A DNA stretch of 64,000 nt, taken from NCBI RefSeq assembly GCF_009914755.1, contig NC_060935.1. The stretch is one strand, 5' to 3'. Positions 14,346 to 33,700 of the stretch are shown here, piece after piece (the first letter of the stretch is position 1; each line of letters opens with the position of its first letter). The position numbers and the translations under genes are program-made. This DNA is from the human T2T-CHM13v2.0 reference genome, Homo sapiens. The notes beneath the pieces are model-generated. The model had not been told where the DNA came from. It made no database searches and was given only the letters and a program-made list of their open reading frames with translations.

Positions 14346-15304
14346 TCAGCCTTGGCTTCTCCCCATCAGCATCCTGAGGATGGCCTCTCTGATGGGCTTG
14401 GACTTCATACTGTAAATGATGGGGTGGAGCACAGAAGGCATCACCAGGTACACATAGGTAACAAGAGCATGTACAATGTGGGGCAGGTGCCTCCCAAAAT
14501 GGTGGATCATGGACACGGTGATACCTGGAATAAAGAAGACAAAGACAGCCAGAATGTGGGAAACGCAGGTGTTGAGGGCCCAGATGCGCTCCCTGGGAGC
14601 AGCCAGACCCATGACTGTGTGCAGGATGAAGGTATAGGACAGAAAGATGAGCAGCGAGTCTACGCCCCCTGTAGAAACAACCACGTAGAGCCCATAGCAT
14701 ATATTGATCGTGATGTCCGCACAGGCCCGCCTCATTACATCAGGGTGGAAACAGAACGAGTGGGATGGGATGTTATCACCAGGGCAGAAATTTAGACTCT
14801 TAACCAGAAATGGCACAGGAAGAGGCACAAGGTAACTTGAGCCACAATGGCCAGCCCAATCCTGATGATGACACTATTTGTGAGGACAGCTGCATAGTGC
14901 AGGGGGTTGGAGATGGCCACAAAGTGGTCAAAGGATATGGCCAGGAGCACTGAGGACTCCACCACAGAGGAGTGCAGGAAGAACATCTGGACCAGGCAGG
15001 CATTGAAGCCCATGAGCCGATGGTCAAACCAGAGCACAGCCAAGGTGATGGGCAGTGTGGACAAGGTGAGGCCCGCTTTGGGGAGCGCCAGCATGGACAG
15101 GAAGTAGCACATGGGCTGGTGCAGGCTGGGGTTCCTCTTCACAGCCAGGAGGATCAGGCAGTTCCCAGTGAGGGCCACAGTGTACATGGAGGAGAAGGGG
15201 ATGGCGAGCCAGCCATGAACCGCCTCCAGCCCTGGGATGCCAATCATGAGAAGAGCAGGCGGTTGGAAGAAGGAGATGTTGACATAGGTCTGGGAAGGGA
15301 GCAT
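14346..15304 (-). pseudogene. OR51A9P: Family 51 OR pseudogene with a 1-nt deletion frameshift in TM4
   Basis: Two overlapping ORFs (15304-14792 and 14828-14346) join into one OR if a base is restored at about 14817-14819 (TTC C[C]T GTG CCA = F-P-V-P). It also lacks a codon in TM3 (FFLHS-SVVES) and has MAFDRY changed to ISFDHF, HRF to HHF and NP to HP. The symbol comes from remembered gene order. Confidence 0.88.
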
Positions 15305-15772
15305 CCTAGGGAGGCAGCCGAAGGCTCTGGAGAGATGTGAGTTCTTCAGTCTGAGTAGATAGGAGGACTTTGCCAGGATGCCTGTCAGTAGAAAGACATT
15401 TATTTATGCTGTGTAGGCTTTTTCATTAATTGTTTTCCATTGTTCCTAGCCCTTGGTCTGTTATTATTAACTGTTCCAGGAACGTGCAGACATTAACTAA
15501 TAAGCCCTCAAATGAAATTCAAGTCTTAAGGGATAGCGTAACTCTTCCCTAGTTAACAAGACATGAATGATAATGGTAGATATAGAATTTGTTTTTTTCT
15601 CATGTTTATTTCTTTAAATTGACATAAAAATGTATGTATTTATCCTGTACAACATGAAGTTTTCCAGTACACTGTGGAATGGTGAAATCTAGCTATTTAA
15701 CACAAGCATTACCTCATACATTTATGATTTTTGTGGGGAATATCAGTTAAAATTCACTCTCTTAGCATTTTC

Positions 15773-16181
15773 TTTCCCTCCCTCCCTCCCTCCCTCTCCT
15801 TCCTCTCTTCCTCTTTCTTTTTCTCTTTCTCTCTCTCTCTCTCTTTCTCTTTTCTTTTCCTTTGTTTACTTTTCTTTTCTTTCCTCTTTTTTGAGATAGG
15901 GTCTTGCTTTGTTGCTCAGGCTAGAGCGCAGTGCCAAGATCATAGCTCACTGCAGCCTCAAACTCCTGGGGTCAAGCGATCCTCCTGCCTTAGACTCCTG
16001 AGTAGGTGGGACTACAGGTCTGTGCCACCATGCCTAGCTAATTATTTATTTTTTAAATTTTTGTAGAGACAGGGTATCACAGTGTTGTCCAGTCTGGTCT
16101 TGAACTCCTGGGATTAAGCAATTCTCCCACCCCAGCCTCTGAAAGTGCTGGCATTATAGGTATGAGCCACCATACCTGACC
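15773..16181 (-). mobile_element. AluJ with tail expanded into a (CCCT)/(CT)/(CTTT) microsatellite, inserted in an L1MA 3' fragment
   Basis: TSD ttagcattttc on both sides; J-type gagatagggtcttgct and atagctcactgcagcctcaaactcctgg. Confidence 0.9.
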
Positions 16182-16586
16182 TTAGCATTTTCAAGAATAA
16201 AAGATGATATGTTGTATTATAGAATTTAGTTGCTGTTAACTATACAGTTTATACTGCTTTCACTTTAACATACAGTGTCTTCACTAAATGAAAGTGTTTG
16301 CTAATTTTATTTCAGATGTAAAACACACTATCAATACTCATAATTATCATCATCACATTGTTGTTTTTGTCCTGGTCCTTATTGTTATTCCACTGATAGT
16401 ATATTTTTTGCAGTATTCTAAGTGCTTTCACAGTAATTATGTCATTGGAGTCTCACAATTACTTTGCCAGGTATACAAAGAAGGAAAACAGTTTTACTAA
16501 AGTGAGTGGAGAGAAATGCTTAAATCTATCAAAGAAAGATGAAAACTGCAGCCTTCCCCATAAAACAGCTATTAAAACTCCACTGT

Positions 16587-16979
<393 letters not shown>

Positions 16980-19900
16980 TTTGAGGGCAAAATCCTGACA
17001 TTCTCTAGTAATCAAGTCCCACCAATGAGAAAGTTTCAGGGTAAGGATGAAAATAGGTAGTAGGAATGTTTTGGTAAATGAAGTGATGATTTGATTCTTA
17101 CCAGGTCACTAAGAACTGTCAAAGATGTGGGGTCTTTCTGTGTCTTGCCCAGAGAATATTGACTGGGTCATTGGATGCCCTTGCAATTCAGGCTGCAAAT
17201 TACAAGAATCATTTCTGCACCCCATTGACTCAACATTTCCCAGAATTTAGGAATGTCAGACAAATATTTCCTTCAGCCCCTTAGCATATCCTTCCTAAAG
17301 TCTTTTGTCCTTGAATGTGCCTCCCCCTAAATCACTTAACATTGTCTTTCCTCGTCGGGAGGGCCAAAGCTGCAGGCCCAAGGAGCCTGAGGTTCTCCCC
17401 TAAAGTTAGAATTTCCAAAGACACCTGTTAAAACATGAATAAAAAACATAAATTTAGGCTAGTTTCAATGTTCTGTGGAGTTTGTTCTACTAATGCTACT
17501 AATGTTATTGTCTGATGCTGGGCAAATAAATTTACTAATGGATCAATCATTCAGTATGCTATGTTCCAGATATTAGACTTTTCACATTTCTGATTGTACA
17601 TAATACCTCTCTGCTTATAAAACAATCATGCAAGGTAGATATTATCATCTTCTTAAAAAAGATAGCTATAACAACAATAATAATAATATTATTTTAAAAC
17701 AAATAAAACTAGAGAGAGAGGTTGAGTTCCTCCAGGCCAGTCTAGATGTGACTGTACAAATTCAAATTCACGTCTACTTCACTTAAACCTTTCAACAGTC
17801 TCAAACTGTCTGCATTATACTAGATGCTAGAGATTGGTAAAATGTGGGCCGCTTGGAGCAGATTAGCTGGAAGTCCCTATTTTCTTCTAATGTTTCATGG
17901 TGACATGATTTAGGGCTCTGCAGATGCAGTGTTTTCCTATTTCTTTAAAACTGTCTTTACTCAGTATAACCCTTTTGGTTCTTCATACTATTTGCCGTTT
18001 ATTATGCTAATTGCCTCTCCATTTTTTATTTTCTTTTTACTAATTCAAGTGACATTTCTTCAGAAACCTCATTCAATCCTAATGTTCTGATTTTGATGAT
18101 TTCCAAATCTCTGCTCTTTTTTTTTTTCAGGGACAATCAATGGATGAGCAAGTGAATACATTATTGAATAATGATTTCTTTATTTATATAATCCACTCCT
18201 CTTTACCCCAAGCCTTAATAAAGCCTCCTCTAGTGCACAAGTTCACAACTTTTACTGTATAGTTTGCATACAGAAAAGATCAATGACTCCTTCAGATTAA
18301 TTAAATTAATTGTTATTTTCAGTCAGTCTTATTTAAAGTTAGGTAAGGTCAATCCAGAAAATAGTCTCTTTGTCATTGGTAACATAAATCAGAATACAGG
18401 GTAAGTTCTGGATTCTCCATTTAACTTTCGGCAATCTGAGGATAAATCTTGCTGAAGTTAATGTGACATTTCCCTTTCTTCCAGCCTGGATTGATTTATC
18501 TGTTCTCCAGTGACTCACAAATGCGTTATCCTAGAACTCTCAGTTGTCTCCTAGTTGAAACGCAGGTCCTCCGTAACTCTGGGTATTTGTCTGATCTATT
18601 TCTCCTGGATGTGGTAGAAGGATCAAAATGCTAAGTTTGGTTCCATATTACAAGAAGCTGAACACTTAAAGATGTGACTATACAGTACCTCTTAGGACAA
18701 GTTGCCAAAAATTTGTGGCACTTTGTACAATCAAACTAAGTTTTCTCATCTCCAGATAATTGTCTTTTCATCCATTTTCATGTATTGTAAATATTACAGT
18801 GATATGAGAGGTCTGACATGAGGGATGAATTCTGTGTATTTAAATGAAAATTTTTGCTTTTGTTTTCTTTCTTTTCTATAAATACCCATTCTAGTAGACA
18901 GCTTGGATTACCATGTTTCTTAGTTCCCATGGACTCAGAAAGTTTAAAGTTAAATCTCTCAACTCTGGAAATTAGACCAGGTTTGGTTTTCTGCTATTAT
19001 ATCTAGGACATAAAAGAGTCAAACCTATTTAAAAATCATAACTCTTCCCAGAAGAAGGAGGAAAAATGTGGATGATTTCTAACTTATGTTTATTTTAATA
19101 CTCTAAGAATGTTCCATGACTGTACGTTGTCTGTGGGAGTCAAAAGGAGTGATTCAACATGTTTGCTTTCCTCTACCTCCAAGTCAAGTGCTTTCCTTAA
19201 AGGCTCTTCTTATCCAAGAGAATATGAAGAACAATCTCATGGCGAAAGGTGACATCTCAAGCAAACATTCAGATCATCCCCAGGATGCTACCTGAGATGG
19301 GATCTTAAGATACCCTCACAGAGTTGCCCTACTTAGAGAAACCAAAGAGTATGAATCCCCTTGGTCACAGAGTCTAGGTTTCTGAATAATGATCTGAATT
19401 GAGAAATCTCTGTGTTCAGGAACGTTGCCTCTTTCCTTACTCTCCCTCATCTAGGGGCATGTTCTTGCCATCTATGGAAGTCCAGGCCTCCTCACTCCTT
19501 TCCTGCTTCTGACACCTTCTCATCTCTCATCCCACTGATTCCTCCTTTTGGTGGTAGCTGACAGAGTGGGGAACTCAGACTCATTGAGCAGGCCCCTTCC
19601 CTTCTAAATAGTGCAGAAGGGATTGTGTCCAGGCCCTGTGTTACTCACCCTGCTTGTTGTCAAAGCCTTCTTTACCTCTCCACATCCTGAAGGAGCCCAG
19701 GAAGGCTCTGGAACTGACGTCCCGTCTTTACACCCTTGGCTAGATGCCCTGGTGAGATGCTGTTCCCCAGGGATCCCTGGGGCCCAGGCCACCCAGAAGA
19801 TTCTCTGCTAACTTGTTCCTGGGCAATAGAAAATGACTGGGGTGTGTGTGTTGGGAAGGAGAGCTACATTTAAGCAACTGAGCTGTGGAGGAGACGAGAG

Positions 19901-20469
19901 AGCTAGAATCATCATGTCTCTCTCTGTGCTCAATACCTTGAGCTCAATGAGTCTGAGTTCCCCACTCTGTCAGTGTTTCCACTCTGCCACACCTGCAGGA
20001 AGCTTCACTGGGCACTTCAATCACTTCCTTTACTGTGCTCCTCAGTGACATCAGCTTTTCCATTTGGAGTCACAGAGACCACTTTGTAGCCTCTCTCAGT
20101 GACAGCCTTTTAGGTTGTCAGGGTCAGTGGTGTCTTCCCTCCACTCCATCTTAGCCCCCAGGGATGGACATCCAGGGGAAGCAGCCCCACTTCCTGTGTC
20201 TACTCCTCATGGACATTGTGGGAGCTCCATTTTCTTCAACAGAAGATATGAATCAAGCAATCTGAGGGCCTAGATGGGGAGAAAAGGGCCCTGAAACAGG
20301 GAGAGATGAATGTAGCCACCAGCTCTCTGTTTTTTTCTTTAGAGGGGCAGGGAGTCATTCAACCTAAGAATTTTTCCTTGCTGTCTTGCATATCCCAACA
20401 GGCCTCCCTTCATTCTTACAGTGTGACTGACCTAAATTGAAAATATGAAGAGGACCCATGGGCTAAAAG

Positions 20470-20872
20470 GTATTTGAAAAGATGTTTATCATCAATAATC
20501 GTTAGTGAAATGCAAATCAAAACCACATTATCAGCTCGTATTTGTTAGAATGGTTATTATCAAAAATGAAAAAAATGGTAAGTGTTGGTGAGGAAAGGGG
20601 GACCCTTGTATACTATTGGTCAAAATGTAAATCAATATAGTCATTATGGAAAATAATACGGAGGTTCCTCAAAAAATAAAACTAGAACTACCATAAGATC
20701 CAGCAATCCCTTTTCTGGATACATATCCCAAAAAATGAAATTAGTATCTCAAAGAGATATCTGTATGCCCATGTTCTTTGCAATATTATTCACAAGAGCC
20801 AAGATATGGAATTAACCCAAATCCCCATCAACAGATAAAGGGAAAATGAAAAGGTGATGCACACACACACGT

Positions 20873-20906
<34 letters not shown>

Positions 20907-21670
20907 ACACTACTCAGCCTTAATAAAGAAGGAAACCCTGTCATTTGCAACAACATGGATGAACCTGGAGGACATTATGTTGAGTAAAATAAGTCAGGCA
21001 CAGAAAGACAAGTACTACATGATCTCACTTATAAGTGGAATCTAAAAAAGTCAAACTCATGGAAGCAGAGAGTAGAATGATGGTTTCCAATGATTGGGGC
21101 TGCTGGGTGGGAAAAATGGGGAGGTGTTTAAAGGGTACAAAATTTCAGTTATGTGGGATGAATAAAATCTGATCTAATGTACAGCATGGTGACTACAATT
21201 AATTATATCCGATTGTATACTTTAAATTTGCTAAGAGATCTTGAAAGTTCTCAACACACACAGACACACAAGGGAACTATGTGAGGTGATTAGCATGTTA
21301 ATTAGCTCGATTGTGGTAATCACTTCACAATGTATACATATATCAAAACATTATGTTGTTAGGGTAAACGTGGACATAAAGATGGCAACAATAGACACTG
21401 GAGACTACTAGAGGAGTGAGGGTGGGAAGGGGGTGTGGGCTGAGAAACTACCCACTGGATACTATCCTCGCTATCTGGGTGATGGGATCATTCATACACC
21501 AAAACCCAGCCAGATGCATTTTTCCCATGTAACAAATGTGCACGTGTACCCTCTGAATCTAAAATAAAAGTTGAAACAAAAACAAAAATAAAATCGCCAT
21601 ACTGTATGCTGTAAACATATACAATTTTTATTTGTCAATTATACCTCAATAAATCTGGAAAAAATAAAGT
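20470..21670 (+). mobile_element. L1MA-type 3' end with (CA)n at 20860-20910 and a nested L1PA/PB 3' end (about 21361-21592)
   Basis: ORF2 C-terminus ..LSFATTWMNLEDIMLSKISQAQKDKYYMISLISG; nested atagacactggagactactagag..gtaccctctgaatctaaaataaaagttgaaa. Confidence 0.85.
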
Positions 21671-21689
21671 CACTTGCAAAATAAAACAG

Positions 21690-25210
<3,521 letters not shown>

Positions 25211-26931
25211 AGGAGTCTCCTTTAAGATTTTTAATTCATCTATTCAGCCTTGGCTCCTGAGATAATTGTAAATCATTTAAAATCCCTGCAACTTCAATTC
25301 CCATTTCAGCCACTGCTATGGCTACCAGTTCTGTGCAGGTGCAGCCTGTCACAGGCTCATCTGGACCCTGGGGTTTCTCCTCTGAAGCTCTGTCGTGGGG
25401 GCCCATGGGACCCCACTGAATACTCAAGCATAGGCAGTCTGCCAGTTTTGGGAGTTAATGCTCTGTGGAGCAATTCTTAACTAATTGAATACAGGAGGAA
25501 TAATTACTTTTCATTTACTTCCCCCAGGAAGAAGATTATGGGCAAGTACTGCAAGAACTGGCAACAGTCTCATATTATGTGGACAACTCTACAATGCATG
25601 TTTGTTTGGGCTCTCCCTTTTCGCTGCTCCAAACTCCCTGTCCCTGACTTTTGCTTACTGGGTCCAGTCCCCAGTAGAGTAGCTGCTCTTAGGCTTTTGT
25701 CTTAGGAGAACTCAGGGGAACACGTGGCCTATGCTCTGGCAATAAAATCTTCTTGCATTGTCAGAAGTCACCTCACTATTTGATGTCTCCGTATACTCCC
25801 TCTGCTTTAATCTCACTTACTTCCCCCAAACCTCAATCTGGCCCCTGTTTAAATGTCACCTGTTCATGAAGCTTTCCTTCATCTCCACAACAAAGCTGGT
25901 TTCTCCCTTCTCTGTGGCTGCTGTACCTTGTTTATTCCTCCATGGGCGCACTGAGGGCTCTCAATACATTTGGTTTTATATCTGATACTCATTGTAATAT
26001 CCACTATTTTTTTTTTGTTTCTTTTATATTTTAGGTCCTCAAACATTGCCAAACATTGTCAATCATTCTTGAAGGTTTAACATTAAATGATATTAAGAAA
26101 CGGACACTGGGCAATAACTTTAGCACCAGCTGGGAGAATTGGTGATGATTATAGTCGGAAAGAATCCCAAATATGTGATGCTGGTAATCTCTGGTCATAA
26201 ATACATATTGAGTGTAAATCTTTTCTTACAATAATAAAATGCCTAAGGAAATATCTATCCCCAGACACAAACACATTTACGTTCTTCTCTTATTTCTTAT
26301 CAATCTAGTCTGGGATAGATGATGTGCTGCTCAGAGATGGGGGCTAGATGAAATTACTGGGGGATGGGAGCTGTCCTATTTATTGGGCAACCTCAGACTG
26401 TGGCTCTCCGGGGGAATTGGCCACCTAAACTGGTACCCTCCACTGACCAGGCCAACATAAACATGGCTGGGAAAAGGGCAATGTTTTTATGGTCCTTAGT
26501 CCCTGGAGACCCTGTTTCACTGGGAAAGATACTCTCACTATAGTGACCACTTGCCTGAGACTCCCAATTCTGGAAGCCTCTCACGGAAGAAGCTGTCTAG
26601 GACCACCTCAGTGAATTGATTCAGCTCCCAAAACACCCAGGAAGCCCTTCCAGATTAATGAGAACAGGAAGGCAAACACACTCCCAGGACGCTGATCCTT
26701 GTGAACAAGAAATAAGCAGTGGCCATAACCCCTCCCTTTTAATTCACCACCTTTTAAACTTCAATCATATTTTCCTGAGACAACATTGGAAACTGGCCTT
26801 TCTGTTGGCATTCCTTCTTCAGTGCATAGATCAGTCATTTTAGGCTCACTTCAAACCTATTTGAATCCCACGTCCCCTGCTCACCATGCTACCTTTCTTT
26901 TTACTGTCCTCCAATCTTAGTCTTGGTACTA

Positions 26932-26932
26932 C

Positions 26933-26966
<34 letters not shown>

Positions 26967-27072
26967 AAAAAAAAAGAAAGAAAGAAAGAACAGAGACAGC
27001 AAGAGAGAGAGAGAAGAGAGACAGTGAGAGAGAGAGAGAGAGAGAAGAGAGACAGCAAGAGAGAGAGAGAAC
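26932..27072. repeat. (TG)n-(GA)n/(GAAA)n purine-rich compound microsatellite
   Basis: Seen directly. Confidence 0.95.
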
Positions 27073-27999
27073 GAGAACCCAGTTCTTAAGCTTCAAGTTT
27101 CTAGGCAGATGTGACCAAGTGAGTGTTTTAAGAAAATCTGTGACTTGCTTGTCACACATACCAATGCACATTCTTATCCCCTCCATTTTCCTGTGAGGCA
27201 GATATTATTACCTATCCCGTTTCCATGGTAATAATAATGAGTATTTGTTGAGTTTATACTATGTATTAATACTATCCTGGGCATTGTCTGTGGATCACTG
27301 CACATAATTTTCACAAAAGCACTGAGCGTAGACAGCATTATCATCCCTAGCAAACAGATGAAAGCCAGCCCACAAAGAGTGAATTGAGTTGATGAGTAAG
27401 ATAACTATCTGTTCTTTTTATTGGACTATGTTTCCTTATAGGAAACCTGTGAATATCTCTTGGGGTAGAAAGTCCACAATATGTGGGAACAGGTTTGATT
27501 TTTGAAGAGTCATAATTGGCAGGAACAAGAGGTAGGAGATCAAGTGGAGAAATGCCATGTTTGGGCAAAGAGGTGGCCACAGGGAAGGGGGCTGGCTTTC
27601 TCGTGTGGGTCAGAGAATAGTTTCCAAGGACACCACAGAGAGTGTCAGCCTTTGCAGGCCTTTTGGAATTGCCTGTGACTTCTTAGTGGTGTCCAGGGAA
27701 TGTAATATTTAGAATGGGGGCAGGATTTAGAGATTTCCTAATTCAATCACCATGTTTTATAGTTAATCCCAAGAGATTATATGAATTAAGTAAGGTCATC
27801 CTCCTAGCGGCAGAACATGAGATGTAGCTCAGAGCTCCAAATTCCATTCCAGGGCTCTGTCCTTCCCTCAATATAGGACCCAGGGCAGGCTATTCTTGTG
27901 TTTTACCCCTGCCCCCAGGTTCTCTCTGGACCTGCTCCTTGGGAACGTAGTATGGAGCACAAGGGAAGGCATCTCTTTAAAAGCAACCCAACATAGGGC

Positions 28000-28285
28000 C
28001 TGTGATTAACACTACTGTATTGTACACTTAAAAATGTGTTAAGAGTTTAGCTCTTACGTTAAGTGCTCTTACCACAGAACGAAAAACAATAGCAACAACA
28101 ACAACAATAAAGGAGGTGAGAGGAAACTTTTGGAGGTGATGGATAAGTTTACCACATTAGTTACGGTGATTGTTTTAAGGGTATATCACTTATGTTCAAA
28201 TATATCAAGTTGTATACATTAAAAATCTATAACTTTTTGTATGTCAATCAGACTTCAATGAAGTGGCTTAAAAAAAAAAAAAGAA
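28000..28285 (+). mobile_element. L1M 3' end fragment
   Basis: actgtattgtacacttaaaa..gaaacttttggaggtgatggataagttt..ttgtatacattaaa plus A tail. Confidence 0.7.
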
Positions 28286-28760
28286 AAAGAAAATCTCACA
28301 TCACTCTCGTGGGTAGAACCTGTGGGAACTGGGACAGATTGGCTTACACTTCTAATGCTCTTTTTCCTTGCAGAAGAGATGCAGAAACATTGAAAGCAAA
28401 TGATCCTGTGCCTGTGACTGAACCCTCCTTGATCTCCGAAGGGCAAGTGTTACACTGTTGCCCGTGTTTCATCTGGAAAAAACAGAAGTACACAGAAGAA
28501 TGTGATTTGTCCAAAGTCACCTCCTGTCAGGGAAGTCTTTTCCCAGTATCAGTCATCACTTTGCTGGGCCGGTCCATGCCAGTCCATGCTGGTCCATGCC
28601 TGCCTGGTCAGGCTACAATCTTCATTCACAAAGAGTACACTGGGAAGTCAGAGAGACCTGGGTTCAAGTCTGAAGTATTGAGTGACTCAGAAAATTATAT
28701 AACTCCCAGCTGTGCCTCAGTTTCCTAGTCTGAACAGTGGCCATCAACACAGATGTTTGT

Positions 28761-29077
<317 letters not shown>

Positions 29078-29379
29078 CCAGATGCTTGTTTTGAGGATTA
29101 TGTAAGTAAGGTATTATTTTATTGGAGGATGAACAGTAAGCCCTCAGTATGCGGTAATATTAAATGCAATAGAAATACATGAATCCAAGATTTCTCAAAC
29201 CTTTACCACCCTCCACTCCCCACAACCAGGTGGAACAGATGCTCTGTGTCTAATGTCATACCGCCTTGGCCCACTTCTGACTTTCACGGGGACTGTGAGA
29301 GACATTTTAATTCATTCTGAGTATTTCTCCCACTTTAAATTGGTGCCATTTCTCCACGTTTTTCTGCTTTTGTGCTTTC

Positions 29380-29690
29380 TTCAAAGCCATAGAAGTAGGC
29401 AAAGCCCAGCGGGCAACCTTGGGTCAAATGAGGAAGACAGTCGACTGCAAATGCCCTAGTCCAGCCTTCGGATAGAAATTCTCCAAGTCTTTCTGAACAG
29501 AGTCCTAGCAGAGTTGAGTGCTCATTGTCCACAGCAGCAACCTTGGTAATAACTCTGTGTTGAATTTTCTTCTGCCTTGTCTCACTGTCTCTGTTCCCTC
29601 ACTCCTATTTTCTAGAAACATGTCTTAATTACACTACCTTCACCCAAGTCCCTGTCTCAGGCACTGCTTTTAGGACCCCCAAATAAATAT
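29380..29690 (+). mobile_element. ERVL LTR33/LTR16-like fragment
   Basis: cacccaagtccctgtctcaggcactgcttttaggacccccaaa terminal motif. Confidence 0.5.
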
Positions 29691-29743
29691 TTCAGGCATT
29701 TCTTATATAACTCTCTGCCTCGTGCTTAAGAATTCTCATGTTT

Positions 29744-30039
<296 letters not shown>

Positions 30040-30372
30040 CCAGAATTCTTATGTTTATAAATTTTGCTAAAACCCAGTAGCTAAAGAACACTAGGGCCAT
30101 ACCTGTAGTCAAACAATGTTAGATTATTAACTTGCTGCAGTTAAGAAGAACAATTCAATGGAAGAAAGTATTTCAAAAGGAGAGAGTTAGGGAAGCCTAT
30201 TTATGGAGTGTGGGGGATCTAGGGTTAGTCATAGGATGGTTTTCACATGGATTGTTCAGGGATTTTGTCTTTAGAACATGTGAGTTCATGCAGAGTTATG
30301 GTTAGATCAGTTTATCTTTGATCTGCAATCACATGGTCTGAACAAACTGTTACTAAAAGAATTTAAGCTTGG

Positions 30373-30811
<439 letters not shown>

Positions 30812-30859
30812 TTAGCTGCTCACAGGGACAATTTTTCCCCCTTTTATAACTTTTAGGTT

Positions 30860-31319
30860 TGTATTTGTCAGAGTTCTCCAGAGAAGCAGAATCAAAAGGA
30901 GATATGTAGATAGATAGACACATAGATAGATAGATAATATGTAGAGATAGAGAAATAGAGATATTTATGTTGAGGAATCAGCTCACGCAATGGAGACTAG
31001 TGAATCCAGTATCTGCAGGGTAAGTCAGTAGACTGCAGAGCCAACGTGGAACCAACATGGCAATTAAGTCCTCAGGCCATGTCTGTTGGGATAATTCTTG
31101 TTGCCCAGGGGCGGTCATTCTGGCCTATTAAGGCCTTCAACTAATTGGATGAGGCCCACCCCCATTATGGAGGACAATCTCCTTTACTCGAAGTCCTCTG
31201 ATTAAAACATTAATCTCATCTGGAAAAAAACACCCTTACAGGAAAATCCAGAAAACATGTGTGACTAAGTATCTGGGTACTGTGGTCCAGCCAGTGGACA
31301 CATAATATTAACCATCACA
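30860..31319 (-). mobile_element. MLT2 (ERVL) solo LTR
   Basis: gtcagagttctccagagaagcagaa..(GATA)n..aggccttcaactaattggatgaggcccacc..taaccatcaca. Confidence 0.8.
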
Positions 31320-31999
31320 AGGTCATATGATTTTTTTCTCAGCCACATGATCACAACTTTATTATTCCAATCAGTAAGGTATTGCTAAATTATTACTTGA
31401 CAGTCATAGAAGGATAATTGAAAGTATAATTATACTTACATAATTATAATTGAATTGTATAATTCAATTACACAAAGTATAATTGAAGGATCTTTTTTCT
31501 ATTTCTGTACTGCTGTCTGAGAAATGAAACCTACAATAAGGTTATAGGTAGAAAAATGGAGAAGAGAAAGTTGACTTACCTAAGTGTGCACAGTGCCAGG
31601 AAGCCTGGTCTCCCGCCTTCTGTTTGCTCAGCCTTAGGCTAGGTGACCAGATGTACATACAGCTGGTATCCTTCAGGATGGGATTTGAAGGCTATAAAAA
31701 TTGCCACTATAAATAATGGCCCTGTTACAACCTTGGTAGTCCTACTATTAAAACTTTATTACTTTGAACTAAATATCATCCTCTTCAAGCTACTCTTGAA
31801 CTCCTGGGCTGAAACGATCCTCCTACCTCAGCTTCCCACAGTGCTGGGATTACAGGCGTGAGCCACAGCACCTGGCAACACATTTTGAAAAAAGAAAAAA
31901 AAAAAACAATAATATATTTTAAACCTAACATCTAAAATATAATCATTTCAACATATTCTTAAGATAAAATTGATAATGAGAGTTTTACATTATTTTTGC

Positions 32000-32490
32000 A
32001 ATTTTTATTGTGATAAACATACATAAAATAAAATTTAACATTTTAAACATTAAGTGTACAATTCAGTAACATTAAGCAGATTCATATTGTTGTACAACCA
32101 TAACCACTATCTATTTCCAGAACTTTTTTTATCATCCCAAACTGAACCTCTGCACCCATAAACAATAACTCTCCATCCTCCCCTCCCCCAGCCCCTGGTA
32201 ACCTGTATTCTACTTTCTTTCTTTATGAATTTGCCTATTCTAGATACCTTATATGAGTGGAATCATATATTATTTGTCCTTTTATCATCTCGCTTATTTT
32301 ATTTAGCATAATGTTTTCAAGTTTCATCCATGTTGTAGCAGGTACCAGATTTTTAAGAATGAATAATATTCCACTGTATATATAAACCACATTCTGTTTA
32401 TCCATTCATCTGTTGATGGACATTTGGGTTATTTCCACCTTTTGGTTATTGTGGATAATGCTGCTATGAACATTGGCACAGAAGTCTTTG
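32000..32490 (-). mobile_element. L1MB 3' end fragment
   Basis: aagtgtacaattcagt..gagtggaatcata..ccattcatctgttgatggacatttgggtt. Confidence 0.75.
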
Positions 32491-32496
32491 GCCTAC

Positions 32497-32806
32497 TTTT
32501 TTTTTTTTTTTTTTTTTTTGAGAAGGAGTGTCACTCTGTCGCCCAGGCTGGAGTGCAGTGGTGGTGATCTGGACTCACTGCAAGCTCCGCCTCCCTGGTT
32601 CAAGTGATTCTTCTGCCTCAGCCTCCAGAGTAGCTGGGATTACAGGTACCCACCATCATACCTGGCTAATTTTTGTATTTTTAGTGGAGATGGGATTTTA
32701 CCATATTGGCCAGACTGGTCTTAAACTACTGGCCTCAGGTGATACACCTTCCTCAGTCTCCCAAAGTGCTGGGAATACAAGCGTGAGCCACCGTGCCCAG
32801 CCTGGG
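32497..32806 (-). mobile_element. AluS
   Basis: Poly-T plus dimer; TSD ctactttt. Confidence 0.92.
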
Positions 32807-33674
32807 CTACTTTTAAAAGTTAAAAATCTTAGGACAGAGGAAAGGGGAGAGGAGATAGTAAGAATATATAAACAACCTATCATAGTGGGAGACAGTAAGG
32901 GATTAGCTATTCACAGAAGAGAGAGAAAGAAATCCACTATTCATTAAATTGTCAATATGGCTATGTTGTTAGGCATATGGAAGTAGGCTGGAGGATCCAA
33001 ATTGCGGTAAAGCAACGGACAGGAAGGTAGAAGAGGACTGAGATTGTGGGGAGAGACATAACAGAGTTTAACCTCATAAAATGAGGCACCTGACCTCATT
33101 ATTTGAGGGTGGGGCCCAACACCTGAATCTCCACTTTACAGAGCATGGGTACACTTTCATTTCTTTAGAGAAATCACCCATTTCTTCCATTGTGTTTTCT
33201 CCCCTTAGCCCTGGCCTATGCACATTGATTAACTGCATGACTTTGGAAGCCACTTTACTGCCTCTGAACAATGAAGCACAGTTGAATGCTCACAGATCTA
33301 TATGCTAGCAGAATCTGTCATCAGTACACATCAAGTATCTGTGGTTCCCTCCTCCTAAGAGAGAGCCTACAGTATAGAGTCTCCCTCATGGTTTATCTAC
33401 CCAAGTCCTGCACCCAAGACTTGTTTAGTGAAGCTACAGAGGGAACATATAGGCCCAATGATTGTATTCAGATCTCAGCTGCTCACTGGATCTGCTCAAA
33501 AGTACAGTGGGAATACCCTACCTTGAAATAAGATGCATTCAGCATCCTTACTAACGTGTGAACCATTCCAGTCAGGATTCCTGCACTGGTGAGAAAGAAG
33601 ACTAGGAAATCACTCACATCTCCAATTCTGATTTATAGGATTCTATAAATGTAAAATCAATAGGCATAACACTC

Positions 33675-33700
33675 AGCAAAATTTAAAATAAAATTTTATT
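33675..33700 (-). terminator. OR51E2: Poly(A) signal of OR51E2 (3'UTR about 33675-35255)
   Basis: tttatt at 33695-33700 is AATAAA on the minus strand, followed by a GT-rich tract (gagtgttatgcc). Confidence 0.7.

Noticed and set aside
28192-28728. 178-aa ORF, the longest non-OR ORF
   Set aside because: It spans an L1 3' tail, a poly-A run and MIR fragments, and has no recognisable domain.
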